DNA of 63,563 nucleotides, filler included, from Deltaproteobacteria bacterium (GTDB taxonomy: Bacteria > Myxococcota > JACRCW01): NCBI GenBank assembly GCA_016218805.1. It is 4 parts of 4 records of this genome, joined end to end, with 100 filler letters (N's around TTAATTAATTAA, not from the genome) between each part and the next. Parts side by side here need not be neighbours in the genome. Positions count along the whole stretch, not along the records: positions 1 to 25,465 come from JACRCW010000057.1; positions 25,566 to 53,161 come from JACRCW010000061.1; 2 more parts are not named here. One strand, written 5' to 3'. This document shows, piece after piece, positions 19,568 to 28,094 of the stretch. The number at the start of each line of letters is the position of its first letter. The first letter of the stretch is position 1. The position numbers were made by a program, and so were the translations under genes. The notes below the pieces were generated by a model. That model was not told the origin of the DNA, made no database searches, and saw only the letters and a program-made list of their open reading frames with translations.

Positions 19568-19978
19568 ATGAAGTCTCATACGCGCTATTTCACCATGCAC
19601 ACCCGCAGCCACCGCGAACTGGTGCGCATCACCGAAGACGCACGCGCGGTCCTGCGGGAAGCCAGCGTGCAGGAGGGGATGCTGCTGGTGTCCGCCATGC
19701 ACATCACCGCGGGCGTGTTCATCAACGACGACGAGCCCGGCCTGCACCAGGACATCTGGGACTGGCTGGACAAGCTGGCGCCCGCGGCGGACTACCGGCA
19801 CCACCGCACCGGCGAGGACAACGGCGACGCGCACCTGCGCAACCTGGTGATCGGCCACCAGGTCATTGTCCCCGTCACCAAGGGCGCGCTGGACCTGGGT
19901 CCCTGGCAGCAGGTGTTCTACGCGGAGTTTGACGGGCAGCGGGACAAGCGCCTGTTGATGAAGGTGATGGGCGAGTGA
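19568..19978 (+). CDS. yjbQ: YjbQ/UPF0047 family protein
   Basis: MHITAGVFIND.E.GL, YRHHRTGEDNGDAHL, LGPWQQVFYAEFDG. Confidence 0.92.
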   Translation: MKSHTRYFTMHTRSHRELVRITEDARAVLREASVQEGMLLVSAMHITAGVFINDDEPGLHQDIWDWLDKLAPAADYRHHRTGEDNGDAHLRNLVIGHQVIVPVTKGALDLGPWQQVFYAEFDGQRDKRLLMKVMGE

Positions 19979-20836
19979 GGCGCGCGCTGCTCCCGTTGGC
20001 CGTCTGCCTGGGCGGCGCCGCGTGTGACGCGGTGCGCGAGGAGGCGCCGTGCGCCCGCGCGGTCCGGCAGGTGGTGGAGTGGGAGTCCGCGCGCGTGCAC
20101 GGGCTGACGGAAAGTGACGACGTGCGTGAGGCCACCGGACGCCTCCAGGCCGCGCTGTCCTGTGCGGAGGGCCCCGCGCGCGCGGTGCTGGACGCGCACG
20201 CCCGCCTGCTGGCCACGCGGTTGCTGGCGCGCGGTGCGCACGCGGAGGCGCTGGCGCTGGCGCGCGCGCTGGGGGAGCACCCGCTGTCCACGTGGATCCG
20301 TGCGGAGGTGTCCGCCGGGGCCGCCGCCACGGAAGGAGCGCTCAACCGCCACGCGCTGCTGCTGGCGGCCGCCGCTCCGGGGGAACGCGCGCGGTTGGCC
20401 GCGGCGGCGTGGGGCGCGGACGCGGGCCCGCCGGCGGCGGAGGCCTCCGTCGTGATCGGTTTCATCACCGCGGATGAAAGCTGTCTCGTTGTCGTCCCGG
20501 GGGAGACCACGGCGGAAGGGATGTGGCGGCTGGGCGTGTCCCGCGCGGGGCGGGACCTGGCGCTGCACGGGGATGCGCCCGCCGTGACCTGGCGCCGCGG
20601 CAGGGGCGAGCCGGTGCGTTTGTGTTTCGCGGGGCCGTTTGCCGAAGGCGACCTGGTGTGGGGCGTCCTGGAGGGCCGGCGCGTGCTGGCGGTGCCGCTG
20701 CCCATGGATGACGACGCGCGCGCGCGGGTCAGCGTGGTCCGTGTACGCCGGCAGGCCCGCGGACCGCAGCGCCTGCCAGACCGCCCGCGATCCGGACGCG
20801 CGCGCCGCCTGCGCGCTGCTGGAGACCACGCCATGA
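19975..20836 (+). CDS. Hypothetical lipoprotein, apparently frameshifted in a (CG)6 tract
   Basis: Lipobox GAAC; adding one CG at 20715-20726 gives a natural end (..ALLETTP*) overlapping the next ATG as ATGA. Confidence 0.5.
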
Positions 20837-22080
20837 CCGCGCTCCGGCTCCGCGCGGTGCGCTGGGCGCTGGCCTCCGCGGCCGTGGTGCTGGCGGCGCT
20901 GCTGGCCACGGCGTGGCGCGCCGCGGTGATGGAGGTGGAGGAGCCCGCCGGAGCGTTGCCGCGCGCATTGGAGACGGTGGCGCGGCAGGAGGCAGCGCGC
21001 CTGCGCGCGGAGCTTGCACGCGTCCAGCCCCGCGTGGATGACGCCCTGGAGGCGCTGCTGCGCCTGGCGGACCGCCCCGTCGACAACGTCGCGCTTCCCT
21101 GGCTGCCGGGCGGGTGCCGCGCCCTGGCGGGGATCCCGGTGGCGGCGCGCGCGGGCGCGTGGAACCGCCGCGCGGAGGCGCCCGTCATGGCCGTGGAGCA
21201 GTCCCCCGCCGGCTGCGCGGACCGCCTGGGTGCGCTGTCCGTGGCGGTGCGCACCGGGCCACCGTTCCCGGCCGCGCGCGACGTGACCCGGGTCAGCCAA
21301 TGGGCGCACCTGGGGGTGGAGGACGCGGAGGAGGCCCCGGCGCTGGTGGCCGCGTGGCGGGACGGGGCCCGCGCGTCCTGGCGCTGGGCCCGGCGCCGCG
21401 GAGACGTGGTGGCGTTTGTGGACGTGGCGCCGGCGCGGTTGCCTGGCGCCCCGGCCGGCGGCGGCGTGCGCCTGGACAGCGTGCTGCGGATGGACGGCGT
21501 CGTCATTGGCTACGCGTCCGGCGGACCGGAGCCGGGGAAGCTCCCGGACGCGCTGGCCGGCGTGCGGCGCGGGGAGGTGCGCGCACTGGACCTGCCGGAG
21601 CTCGCCGCCGCCCAGGCCAGCCTGGGGGTGCTGGCGTGGTTGCAGCCCCAGTCCGTGCGCTCGCACCTGGCCGGCGTGGTGGAGCTACCGCTGGAGACCC
21701 GCCCGCGTCCGGTCACGCTGGCCGTCATTGCCTCCATGCCGCGGCCCCTGGGCGTGGTGGACCACGGACCCGCGCTGGTGGCGCTGTGGGCGGGTGCCCT
21801 GGCCGCGTTCCTGGTGTTCCTGCTGCTGGCGTTCAACCCGCTGGCCCGCGTGCTGTGGAGCCTGGCCAACCAGACGCGTGAGGCGTGGCTGGGCCTGCGC
21901 GAAGACGACGTGGGCTCCCCCGACGACATGCGCCGCGCCGCGCACTGGCTGGGCGTGCTGACGGATCACGCGCAACGCATCCTGGTCACGGCGCTGGGCC
22001 ACGCGGAGCGCTTCTGGTCACCCTCCCCCATGGCGCGCCTGGTCCGCCACATGCGGGAGCGGCTGGACCGCGAGCCCTGA
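20833..22080 (+). CDS. Hypothetical protein with two TM segments flanking an extracytoplasmic domain
   Basis: GGAG RBS plus ATG at 20833; hydrophobic segments near both ends. Confidence 0.55.
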   Translation: MTALRLRAVRWALASAAVVLAALLATAWRAAVMEVEEPAGALPRALETVARQEAARLRAELARVQPRVDDALEALLRLADRPVDNVALPWLPGGCRALAGIPVAARAGAWNRRAEAPVMAVEQSPAGCADRLGALSVAVRTGPPFPAARDVTRVSQWAHLGVEDAEEAPALVAAWRDGARASWRWARRRGDVVAFVDVAPARLPGAPAGGGVRLDSVLRMDGVVIGYASGGPEPGKLPDALAGVRRGEVRALDLPELAAAQASLGVLAWLQPQSVRSHLAGVVELPLETRPRPVTLAVIASMPRPLGVVDHGPALVALWAGALAAFLVFLLLAFNPLARVLWSLANQTREAWLGLREDDVGSPDDMRRAAHWLGVLTDHAQRILVTALGHAERFWSPSPMARLVRHMRERLDREP

Positions 22081-22087
22081 AGACGCC

Positions 22088-22468
22088 TCACTTGAGCAGC
22101 TGATCCAACATCTGGGACTCCGCTTCGCGGCCCTGCTTCATGTCGCGCTCCAGCCCCTTGGTCTTGATGTGCGCCCCCTGCTCCATACCGTCGCGCTGGC
22201 CGGTGATGTCGCGCACAATGGCCTGCACGTCGTCATCGGTGGGCACACGCGCCAGGGACGGATCACGTTTCATGCTGCAGTAGTTCACCAGCACCTCAGA
22301 CAGCGCGCGCTGGCGCTGGTCCAGCCCCGCGTACACCTGGCCAAACACCGCCCCCAGGTCAAAACAGCGCACGGCCAGCGGCGCCTTGGCCTTGGCGGGC
22401 GGCGCCGCCTCCGCCACGCCCAAGCCCACCACCACGCCCAACACCCCTGTCAGGACGATTGCACGCAT
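22088..22468 (-). CDS. Hypothetical secreted protein
   Basis: GGAGG RBS, signal peptide MRAIVLTGVLGVVVGLGVAEA. Confidence 0.65.
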   Translation of the reverse strand: MRAIVLTGVLGVVVGLGVAEAAPPAKAKAPLAVRCFDLGAVFGQVYAGLDQRQRALSEVLVNYCSMKRDPSLARVPTDDDVQAIVRDITGQRDGMEQGAHIKTKGLERDMKQGREAESQMLDQLLK

Positions 22469-22541
22469 TGGGAACCTCCGGCGCGCAGCGTACACGCGCC
22501 CCGGATGGCCACGCGATACCCGCGCCCACCCACCCACCCAG

Positions 22542-22565
22542 CCTCCCCCCGCAAGCGGGGGGAGG
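22542..22565. terminator. GC hairpin / REP-like palindrome downstream of fabF
   Basis: CCTCCCCCCG-caag-CGGGGGGAGG immediately after the fabF stop; similar to the element at 48442-48594. Confidence 0.5.
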
Positions 22566-22570
22566 AGGTT

Positions 22571-23836
22571 TCATTCAAAGCGCTTGAACAACAGGCTGGC
22601 GTTGGTGCCGCCAAACCCGAAACTGTTGGACAGCGCCACGTTGATGCGCCGCTCGCGCGCGGTGTTGGGCACGTAGTCCAGGTCGCACGCCGGGTCCGGG
22701 AACTCCTGGTTGATCGTCGGGGGAATCACGCCGCGCGTGATGGCCAGGACGCTGAACGCGGCTTCCACCGCGCCGGCCGCCCCAATGAGGTGCCCCGTCA
22801 TGCTCTTGGTGGAGCTGACCCACAGCTTCTTCGCGTGGTCACCAAATACGCGCTTGATGGCCGCCGTCTCATTGGCGTCATTGATCTCCGTGCTGGTGCC
22901 GTGCGCGTTGATGTAGTCCACCGCCTCCGGCCCCACGCCCGCGCGCTTGAGCGCCTGGCGCATGCAGCGCTGCGCGCCCTCGCCTTCCGGCGCCACCGCC
23001 GTGGGATGGTTGGCGTCCGCCGTGGCGCCGTAACCGGCCACCTCCGCAATGATCCTCGCGCCGCGCTTCTGCGCGTACTCCAGGCTCTCCAGCACCAGCG
23101 CGCCGGCGCCCTCGCCCATCACAAACCCGTCACGCTCACGGTCAAACGGCCGGGACGCCTTCTGCGGCGCGTCGTTGCGCGTGCTCATGGCCCGCATGGC
23201 GCAGAACCCCGCCATGGGCATGATCTCCAACGTCGCCTCGGCACCGCCGGTCACCATCACCTCGCAGCGGCCCGCGCGGATCATCTCATAGCTCTCACCA
23301 ATGGCGTGGGCCCCGGAGGCGCACGCGCTGGTGGGCGTGAAGTTGGGCCCCTTGAGGTTGTGCTTCATGGACAGGTAGCCCGGCGCCATGTTGGCAATGA
23401 TCTGGAGGATGTGGAACGGGCTGGCGCCCTTGCGGGGGCCCTTGGTGCGCATCAGCTCGTGGCACTCCGTGATGGTGGTGTCACCGCCCATGCCCACGCC
23501 AAACAGGCAGCCGGCCTCCGTGGACACCTCATCCGGCACGCGCGGGATGCCGTCCACGGCGGGGAAGCCCGCCTGCACCATGGCCTGGTAGCCCGCGGCC
23601 AGGGCAAACAGCTGGAAGTCATCCATCCGGCGCAGTTCCTTGGCACTGACGCCGTACCGGGTGGCCTCAAAACCCTTCACCTCGCCACCCACGTGGGTGG
23701 CAATGGGCGAAGGGTCCCACGCCTTGATGGTGTCAATCCCGGAGCGCCCGTTGACCAGTGCGTCCCACGTCGTCTCCACGTCGTTGCCGCACGGCGTGAC
23801 CACACCCAGTCCCGTCACCACGACCCTGCGCATCAC
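22571..23836 (-). CDS. fabF: 3-oxoacyl-ACP synthase II
   Basis: [40 protein letters not shown]. Confidence 0.97.
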   Translation of the reverse strand: MMRRVVVTGLGVVTPCGNDVETTWDALVNGRSGIDTIKAWDPSPIATHVGGEVKGFEATRYGVSAKELRRMDDFQLFALAAGYQAMVQAGFPAVDGIPRVPDEVSTEAGCLFGVGMGGDTTITECHELMRTKGPRKGASPFHILQIIANMAPGYLSMKHNLKGPNFTPTSACASGAHAIGESYEMIRAGRCEVMVTGGAEATLEIMPMAGFCAMRAMSTRNDAPQKASRPFDRERDGFVMGEGAGALVLESLEYAQKRGARIIAEVAGYGATADANHPTAVAPEGEGAQRCMRQALKRAGVGPEAVDYINAHGTSTEINDANETAAIKRVFGDHAKKLWVSSTKSMTGHLIGAAGAVEAAFSVLAITRGVIPPTINQEFPDPACDLDYVPNTARERRINVALSNSFGFGGTNASLLFKRFE

Positions 23837-24040
23837 CGCCTCCGCAAAGATAAACCCGTGCCCGGGCGTTGGCTGCGCGCCCGGGTCACGGGATGGATTG
23901 CAACATGAGCACCGTGGGGGGCCCGCCCCCAGCGAACGTTCATGGATGCCGCGGTAGGGTCTCCGCCGTCCGACGGGTCACCGGGCACCGGGGCGCCCCC
24001 GAACCACCGGGGGTGCCGTCCAACGACCGGGCCGGGGCGA

Positions 24041-24340
24041 TCAGCCCGCGCCACCGGCCTCGCCGGGGAGCTTGCCGCCCTCGGCCTTCCGCTTCTCAAT
24101 GAAGTTCTGCACGTACTGGATGGCGTCACCAACCGTCTTGATCTGCTCGGCGTCCTCGTCCGGGATTTCCGTCTCAAACGCTTCCTCGAACGCCATCACC
24201 AGCTCCACGATGTCCAGGCTGTCGGCGCCGAGGTCGTCGATGAACTTCGACTCCATCTTCACCTCGTCCTCGGACACGCCCAGCTGCTCGCAGATGATGG
24301 ACTTCACCTTGGTGGTGACTTCGGGATTGGGGGTGCTCAT
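24041..24340 (-). CDS. acpP: Acyl carrier protein
   Basis: [19 protein letters not shown]. Confidence 0.97.
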   Translation of the reverse strand: MSTPNPEVTTKVKSIICEQLGVSEDEVKMESKFIDDLGADSLDIVELVMAFEEAFETEIPDEDAEQIKTVGDAIQYVQNFIEKRKAEGGKLPGEAGGAG

Positions 24341-24515
24341 GCTTCTCCTCGATGTGCCGGCCCGGGCGGGCCGGCGACGAATCCTTTGAAAGGCGCGCCC
24401 GTATACATGCCTGTTCCATGGACGGCAACCGCGGGGAACTGGACGCCAACTCCAATTCCCCGCGGACGCCGGACGGGGCACCCAACCCGCGGGGATTGCG
24501 GGGGGAAAACCGCCC

Positions 24516-25463
24516 TCAGCCCATGGCGGTCTTGGCCACGCCCATCAGCTCCTGGTTGGCCGCCACGGACTTCTGGAACGCCTCCTTCTCGGAGGGGGAC
24601 AGGTCAAACTCGTAGATGGCCTCCATGCCGGCCGCGCCCAGCCGGCAGGGCACGCCCACAAAGCAGTTCTTCACGCCAAACTCGCCGTTGAGCTCCACGG
24701 AGCACGGCAGCACGCGGTGCTGGTTGCGCACAATGGACTCCACCATCAGCGCGGTGCCGCTGCCCGGGGCCAGCCACGCTGAGGTGCCAATGAGCTTGGT
24801 GAGTTCCGCGCCGCCGGCCTTGGTCTTCTCCAGCACCGCGGTCACCTTGTCCGCCGCCAGCAGCTTGGTCAGCGGCACGCCGCCCACCATGGCGGTGGAG
24901 ACAATGGGCACCATGTCCTTGTCCGTGTGCGCGCCCAGCACAATGGCGGAGATGTCCTCCACGGAGCAGCCGGTAGCCATGGCAATGTTGGTGCGGAAGC
25001 GCGCGCTGTCCAGCGTGCCGGCGCTGCCAATGACGCGCTCACGCGGGAAGCCGGTGACCTGCTTGGCCACAAACACCATGGCATCCAGCGGGTTGGAGAC
25101 CACAATGAGCACCGCGTTGGGCGCGTGCTTCTTCACGTTCTCGCAGATTTCCCGGACGATCTTGGCGTTGGTGCCAATGAGCTCTTCGCGGCTCTGGCCC
25201 GGCTTGCGCGGGATGCCCGCCGTCATCACCACCACGTCCGCGTCCTTCATCAGCGCGTAGTCTTCGCCGTAGGTGTAGCCCGTCAGGTTGAAGCCCTCGT
25301 AGGCACCGCACTGGGTCAGGTCCAGGCCCTTGCCCTGTGCCACGGCGCCCTTGAGGTCGATGAGGGCCAGGTCACCCAGGTCCTTGATGGCCGCCCACTG
25401 CGCCACGGCCGCACCCACGTTGCCACCTGCACCAACGATCGCGATCTTGGGACGCTTCAACAT
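24516..25463 (-). CDS. mdh: Malate dehydrogenase (LDH-like), start at contig edge
   Basis: [35 protein letters not shown]. Confidence 0.92.
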   Translation of the reverse strand: MLKRPKIAIVGAGGNVGAAVAQWAAIKDLGDLALIDLKGAVAQGKGLDLTQCGAYEGFNLTGYTYGEDYALMKDADVVVMTAGIPRKPGQSREELIGTNAKIVREICENVKKHAPNAVLIVVSNPLDAMVFVAKQVTGFPRERVIGSAGTLDSARFRTNIAMATGCSVEDISAIVLGAHTDKDMVPIVSTAMVGGVPLTKLLAADKVTAVLEKTKAGGAELTKLIGTSAWLAPGSGTALMVESIVRNQHRVLPCSVELNGEFGVKNCFVGVPCRLGAAGMEAIYEFDLSPSEKEAFQKSVAANQELMGVAKTAMG

Positions 25464-25465
25464 GA

Positions 25466-25565
25466 NNNNNNNNNNNNNNNNNNNNNNNNNNNNNNNNNNN
25501 NNNNNNNNNTTAATTAATTAANNNNNNNNNNNNNNNNNNNNNNNNNNNNNNNNNNNNNNNNNNNN
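25466..25565. other. Artificial contig spacer
   Basis: N44-TTAATTAATTAA-N44. Confidence 0.99.
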
Positions 25566-25706
25566 GGAGCGGCCTTGAACCGATGCGCCACGGCCACCAC
25601 GTCTTGGACTCGAACAATGATCTTCATCAGCAGCTTCATGGGGTCCATCTGCGTTCACCTCAAGTGAGGCCGCCAGCAACCCAGACACAGGAAAATTTAC
25701 ACGACC
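25566..25706 (-). mobile_element. Probable left end of an IS256-family element, truncated by the contig end
   Basis: Minus-strand GGTCGTGTAAATTTTCCTGTGT resembles IS256 terminal IRs and is followed by an RBS and an ORF start (MDPMKLLMKIIVRVQDVVAVAHRF..); abuts a truncated RHS gene. Confidence 0.5.
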
Positions 25707-25707
25707 G

Positions 25708-27039
25708 CGGCAGGGCGTCACCCACGACGCGCTCGGCCGCGTGCTGCTGGACGGTCCGAGGTCTTTCGCGTGGGACCTGGCCTCGCGCCTCGAAAGGCTC
25801 ACGGTCGACGCCGTTGCGACGACCTACACGTATGACGCTCTCGGCCGCGTCCTGACGAGGAGCGACAGCGCCGGAAGCACCTCGTACACGTGGAACGACG
25901 GGCTCGGGACTCCGGCCATCGCCACCCTCGATGGCGGCGCTCGTGGCAGCAGCCACCTCGTGCACTCCCCCGATGGGACGCCGCTCTTCATGGTGGACAG
26001 CGCCACCGGCGTCCGCACGTGGCTGCACTTTGACGAGATGGGACACACCGTGCTCCTCACCAACGACGGCGGCGAGGTCACGGACCGTTACGCCTACACG
26101 CCGTACGGCGAGATGACCCACGAGGGCACCTCGACGCAGCCGTTCACCTTCGCGGGCCGCAGCGGCGCGCTTTGCGAGGCGCCGGACCTCTACCGCATGG
26201 GGCGGCGCCTCTACGACGCGAGGAGCGGCCGCTTCCTGACCCGCGATCCCGTCGCCCGGGCCGGCGAGCCCGACCCCGCGCTGGCCAGCCCGTACTCCTT
26301 CGCGGTGGGCAATCCCCTGCGATTCGTTGACCCCACCGGCGAGGCCCCCAAGGAACCGCTGCTGTCGGAACAGAACAACGAGCGCCTGCAGAACGCGGTG
26401 ACCGGAACCACCCAGGGTGCGGCCGTCATCGGCAAGGCTCTTGAGGACTCCATTGAAACGGCGACCAAGCTTGCCGACGACCTTTCCGCGCTGAAGCCGG
26501 CGTCGCTCGAGTTCAGCACGCGGAAGGTGGACACTTTGGGTGCCATCGCCGCCAAGGGGACCCTCGACAAGCTCAATGGCGTCGTCGAGACAAGCCAGTC
26601 CGCAGCCGCGTTGGGCAAGTACGTCACGCTGGCGATTGACGCCCGGGACAACGGCCCTGCCGGGCTGGTGAAGGAAGGCGCCGAGCAGCTCGGCCAGGCG
26701 CTCCTGGAACAGACGGCCCTCGCGGAGTCGGGCGGAGCCATCGTCGGCGTTGTCAGCGAGGGAATCCAGCTCCACTACAAGGTGGAGGGCATCCAGGACC
26801 AGCTCCACGGCGACCAGGCCTCGGCCATGGAGACCTACGACGCCATCCGTGCTGCGATTGACGAGGCACTCAACAAGAAGAAGAGCATCACCAGCGACCA
26901 GGCCGCTACCCTCTACCGCGAAGCCTATCAAGCGTTCATGGGCCAGTGCCTCGGTGGCACCGCCGCTGGCAGCGCGGACATCGGCGTTGCATCCCTCCAG
27001 GCGTTGTCGAACATGCTCGCCAAGGTGGTCGGCCTGTGA
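25708..27039 (+). pseudogene. 5'-truncated RHS/YD-repeat protein (core plus C-terminal extension)
   Basis: YTYDALGR, YAYTPYG, YRMGRRLYD..GRFLTRDP, NPLRFVDPTG, then an ~230-aa helical CT; begins mid-repeat. Confidence 0.85.
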
Positions 27040-28067
27040 CCGTCCGTGCCGCCCCGCGGCCTCGACACGCGGGGGCGCCTATCTCCCCTCCGCACTGCCG
27101 TGGTAACGACGCGGGCCGGGATGCCCGAGTCGGCTCCGCCAGCGTCCCATCGAGGCTTCCCTTGCCCACCCGCGCGCTTGCATCGGTGTTCGTGGCGTTG
27201 GCGCTCTCCATGCTGGCGGGCTCCCCTGCCTTGGCGGCGCCCGCGTCGAGCGTGGCGGTCTTCCCCCTCGAGCAGAAGACCGGCATCACGCAGGAGAGCG
27301 CGGAGCTGCTCACCGACGTCGTGGTGCAGACGCTGCGCGACGCCGGCGTGTTCTCGCGCGTGATGAGCGCCAAGGAGATCGAGACGGTCCTCGCGTTCAA
27401 CGTCACCAAGGAGATGGCAAGTTGCGGCAACTCCAGCTGCCTCGCGGAGATCGCGGGCCAGCTGGGCGTGGATTTTATCGTCGCTGGGAACGTGGGGCGT
27501 TTTGGACGCGCGGTTGTGATGAACCTGCGCCTGCTTGACGTGAAGACGGCCGCGGCCGTGGGCTCCGTGTCGCGGACGATCTGCGGCGGCGGGGAAGAAG
27601 CGCTTCCCGCGGCGACTCGCCAGAGCACACGACGGCTGATGCAGGCGGCGCGCCTTGCGACGTTTCCCGACATCAGGGCCACCGACGCCGACCAGGAGTG
27701 CCCTCCCGAGGCACCCGTCGCCGCACCCGCGGTCCAGGCCGCTCCCGGCACCACGCCGGTGGCCCAAGAGCAGTCCTCCGGCGGCCGCCGCTGGCTGACG
27801 GTGGGCGGCGGCGGCGCGATGGCGGCGCTGGGCGCGGTGGGCGGGCTGGTGGGACTGGCAGGCCTGGTCACCGGCGGCCTGGTGGTCTTTGTCGGGTTCT
27901 TCCTGGCGCTGGCGCCGTTGCTCGGATCGGGCTTCATGGGACGCGTGGTCTCGTTTGGCGGGACCGGTGGTGCGCTCGGGGCGGCCGGCCTGGTCGTTGG
28001 CCTGGTGTCGTTGCTCGTCGGTGTCGTCGGAGTGGGTGTGCTCATCGGCGGCCTGGTGTCCGGCTGA
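26946..28067 (+). CDS. Secreted/membrane protein with a TolB-N/CsgG-like (DUF2380-type) domain; true start probably near 27162
   Basis: VAVFPLE..AELLTD..SCLAEIAGQLGVDFIVAGNVGRFG; Gly-rich C-terminal TM hairpins. Confidence 0.7.
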   Translation: MPRWHRRWQRGHRRCIPPGVVEHARQGGRPVTVRAAPRPRHAGAPISPPHCRGNDAGRDARVGSASVPSRLPLPTRALASVFVALALSMLAGSPALAAPASSVAVFPLEQKTGITQESAELLTDVVVQTLRDAGVFSRVMSAKEIETVLAFNVTKEMASCGNSSCLAEIAGQLGVDFIVAGNVGRFGRAVVMNLRLLDVKTAAAVGSVSRTICGGGEEALPAATRQSTRRLMQAARLATFPDIRATDADQECPPEAPVAAPAVQAAPGTTPVAQEQSSGGRRWLTVGGGGAMAALGAVGGLVGLAGLVTGGLVVFVGFFLALAPLLGSGFMGRVVSFGGTGGALGAAGLVVGLVSLLVGVVGVGVLIGGLVSG

Positions 28068-28094
28068 GTTTCTGTTTCCAGGGAGGGGACGCAC

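Noticed and set aside
22571..24340. Type II polyketide cluster
   Set aside because: A single KS with canonical FabF motifs and a standard AcpP; no chain-length factor or cyclases.
25510..25521. TTAATTAATTAA motif repeated three times in the window
   Set aside because: Artificial all-frame stop linker inside N spacers.
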